A stretch of 64,000 nt of DNA from Mustelus asterias. Lineage: Eukaryota. The position numbers and the translations under genes are program-made. Location of the stretch: NCBI RefSeq assembly GCF_964213995.1, contig NC_135823.1, positions 4,216,001 through 4,280,000 on the forward strand, written 5' to 3'. The notes beneath the pieces are model-generated. The model did no database searches and had not been told where the DNA came from. It saw only the letters and a program-made list of their open reading frames with translations. Below, one piece after another: positions 60,760 through 64,000 of this stretch; the stretch's first letter is position 1, and the number at the start of each line of letters is the position of its first letter.

Positions 60760-61850
60760 AGAGATCATGACTGATCTGATGTGATAATCCTCAACTTCAC
60801 TTTCCCAATTTATCCTCATGGCCCTCGATTTCCTCACTGATTAAAAATCTGTCTATCTCAGCCTTGAACATACTTAACGACCCAGCCTCTACACAGCTCT
60901 CTGCGATAAAGAATTCCACAAATTCACTACCTTCTGAGAGAAGAAATCTTTTCTCATCTCTGTCCTAAAGGGATGACCCATTACTCTGAGATTATTCTCA
61001 CTCGTCCAGGACTCTTCCACAAGGGGAAACGACCTTTCAGCATCTACCTCTGTCAAGCCCCCTGAGAATTTCATGTGTCTCAATAAGCTCACGTCTCATT
61101 CTTCTAAACTTCATGAGTTACAGGCCCAACTTACTCAACCTCTCCTCATAAGAGAATCCCTCCATACCCAGGATCAACCCTTGGACTGTCCCCAATGCCA
61201 GTGTATATGTGCCACCAGGGCAGCACGGTGGCACAGTTGTTAGCACTGCTGCCTCACAGCGCCAGGGACCCGGGTTCGATTCCCAGCTTGGGTCACTAAC
61301 TGCGGAATCTGCGCGTTCTCTGCATGGGTATCCTCCGGGTGCTCCGGTTTTTCCCACAGTCCGAAAGACATGCAGATTAGGCGCATTGGCCATGCTAAAT
61401 TCTCCCTCAGTGTACCCGAACAGGTGCCGCCGTGTGGCGACTAGGAGATTTTCACAGTAACTTCATTGCAGTGTTAATGTAAGCCTACTTGTGACACTAA
61501 TAATAAATAAAATAAAATCTTTCCTTAGATAATTTGACCAAAACTGTTCATGGTATTCCAGTTGTGGTCTAACTAGTGTTTAGTTTTCCCTAATTTTATA
61601 CTCCATTCCCTTTGAAATAAAGGCCACCTTCCATTTGCTTCCCTATTACCTGCTGAATGTGCATGCTAGCTTTGTGTGGTTTATGCAAAAGGACCCCCAA
61701 ATCCCTCTGTGCTGCAGCTTTCTGCAGTCTTTCTCCATTTAAATATTATTCAGCTCCTTTATTCTTCCTACCAAAATGCATAACTTCACATTTTTCAACA
61801 TTAAATTCCATCTGCCAAGTTTTTATCCACTCACTTAACCTCCCTGTGTC
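60760..61850 (-). mobile_element. Degenerate CR1 with nested type-2 V-SINE (61219-61518, +)
   Basis: FRTEMRKDFFSQKVVNLWNSL; the SINE has A/B boxes and a Rex1-like tail. Confidence 0.8.
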
Positions 61851-62381
61851 CAAAAGAGTGAACCAATTAAACAAAGCAATGAGCACAAAGGACAAATAAA
61901 CCAATGGAGAAATTCATAAATTGAAAACGACACTGACAAACAACATAAATGCCAAAGTAAACTTGCCCCCCCCTCAATCGCCCGCTGCCTGGAACTGTTA
62001 GTAAGTTAGGCCAGGCCCAGTGGCAGGTTCACAAGGGGGTCCTCCTGCCTCCCAGCAACCCCCTCTGCATCGGGTGCTTGAAGATCAGGAGCATGGGAAT
62101 TAAGTAAAAACAAAACTGGAGTAAAAGCTTTTTCAAATAGCTGACAAGGGAGTGCAGTCCATTACAACTTACACACATACGGCTAATGAACTCCACAAGG
62201 CTGAAAAAGACACAGCATCTTGGGAATGTGTGAACCAATACAACCTATGGTTGAATGGGACTGCTGCGTGCAGTGCCCACCACACCAGGACTCCGATGGA
62301 AAACGCATTATATGGGCTCAAGTAACCATCCAATCAATGCCCTCCATCTATACAGACTTATCTCAGTTGATTCAATCAACA

Positions 62382-63565
<1,184 letters not shown>

Positions 63566-63868
63566 GGTGCGGGTGTCCTTGTGACTCTCCAGGTTAAACA
63601 ATCAGTTAAATCTCACACAGAACACGGGTACAGTCTCTCCCCGCTGTGAATGCTGCGATGTATTTTCAGGCTGTGTAACTGGTTAAAGCTCTTTCCACAC
63701 ACTGCATTGGAAGACTCTCACTCGGAAAGCACAATGTTTTTAAGAGAGACCTGGGCCAACCTTTCCAGAGTCTGCACCCCCCCCTGGATTCACTTCCTTT
63801 CCCTTCAGTTGCTGCAAGTCCCCAATTTCCCCCAGAATGAGAAAGGAAATGGAAAGGGGGAGACACTG

Positions 63869-64000
63869 ATTTCCTCACAGATGTTGCAGAGGAGGAAGTT
63901 TTAGTCTGAAGCTCATTGGCTAACTCGTGCACTGACGTCACAACGGAGTCCTGCCTGAATCAACCAATAAGAATCCGCCTGCTCCTCGGTGACGTCTCCG
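63869..64000. promoter_or_regulatory. Left half of bidirectional promoter D (truncated by window end)
   Basis: Same first-exon/donor motif (63878 -), CCAAT and CRE 63933-63940 as promoters A and C. Confidence 0.7.

Overview
Eukaryotic, repeat-dense DNA, most likely from a shark or other elasmobranch (inferred from HE1-type V-SINEs, HER1/CR1 LINEs and a SacSINE1-like DeuSINE). Host-gene content is a cluster of seven C2H2 zinc-finger genes made only of fingers, with no KRAB/SCAN/BTB domain visible. Five are intact (8-16 fingers) and two are pseudogenes. They sit in head-to-head mirror-image pairs around three complete CpG-rich bidirectional promoters (~16.9, ~27.9, ~42.3 kb), plus half of a fourth at the window end. 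The genes share a cassette: a mirrored first exon, a highly conserved ~200-bp non-coding block (six of seven genes), a leader of dead fingers with a fixed in-frame TGA 13 codons before an ATG that arose in a finger linker (TGEKP to TMEKP), an atypical first finger, a variable finger array and a conserved 3' UTR. The rest is nested transposons: CR1/HER1, Rex1/Babar, a fragmented L2/Crack-like LINE, Penelope-like elements with hammerhead-ribozyme motifs and perfect hairpins, four SINE types, two MITEs and LTR-like relics. TE boundaries and family names were judged by eye and are approximate.
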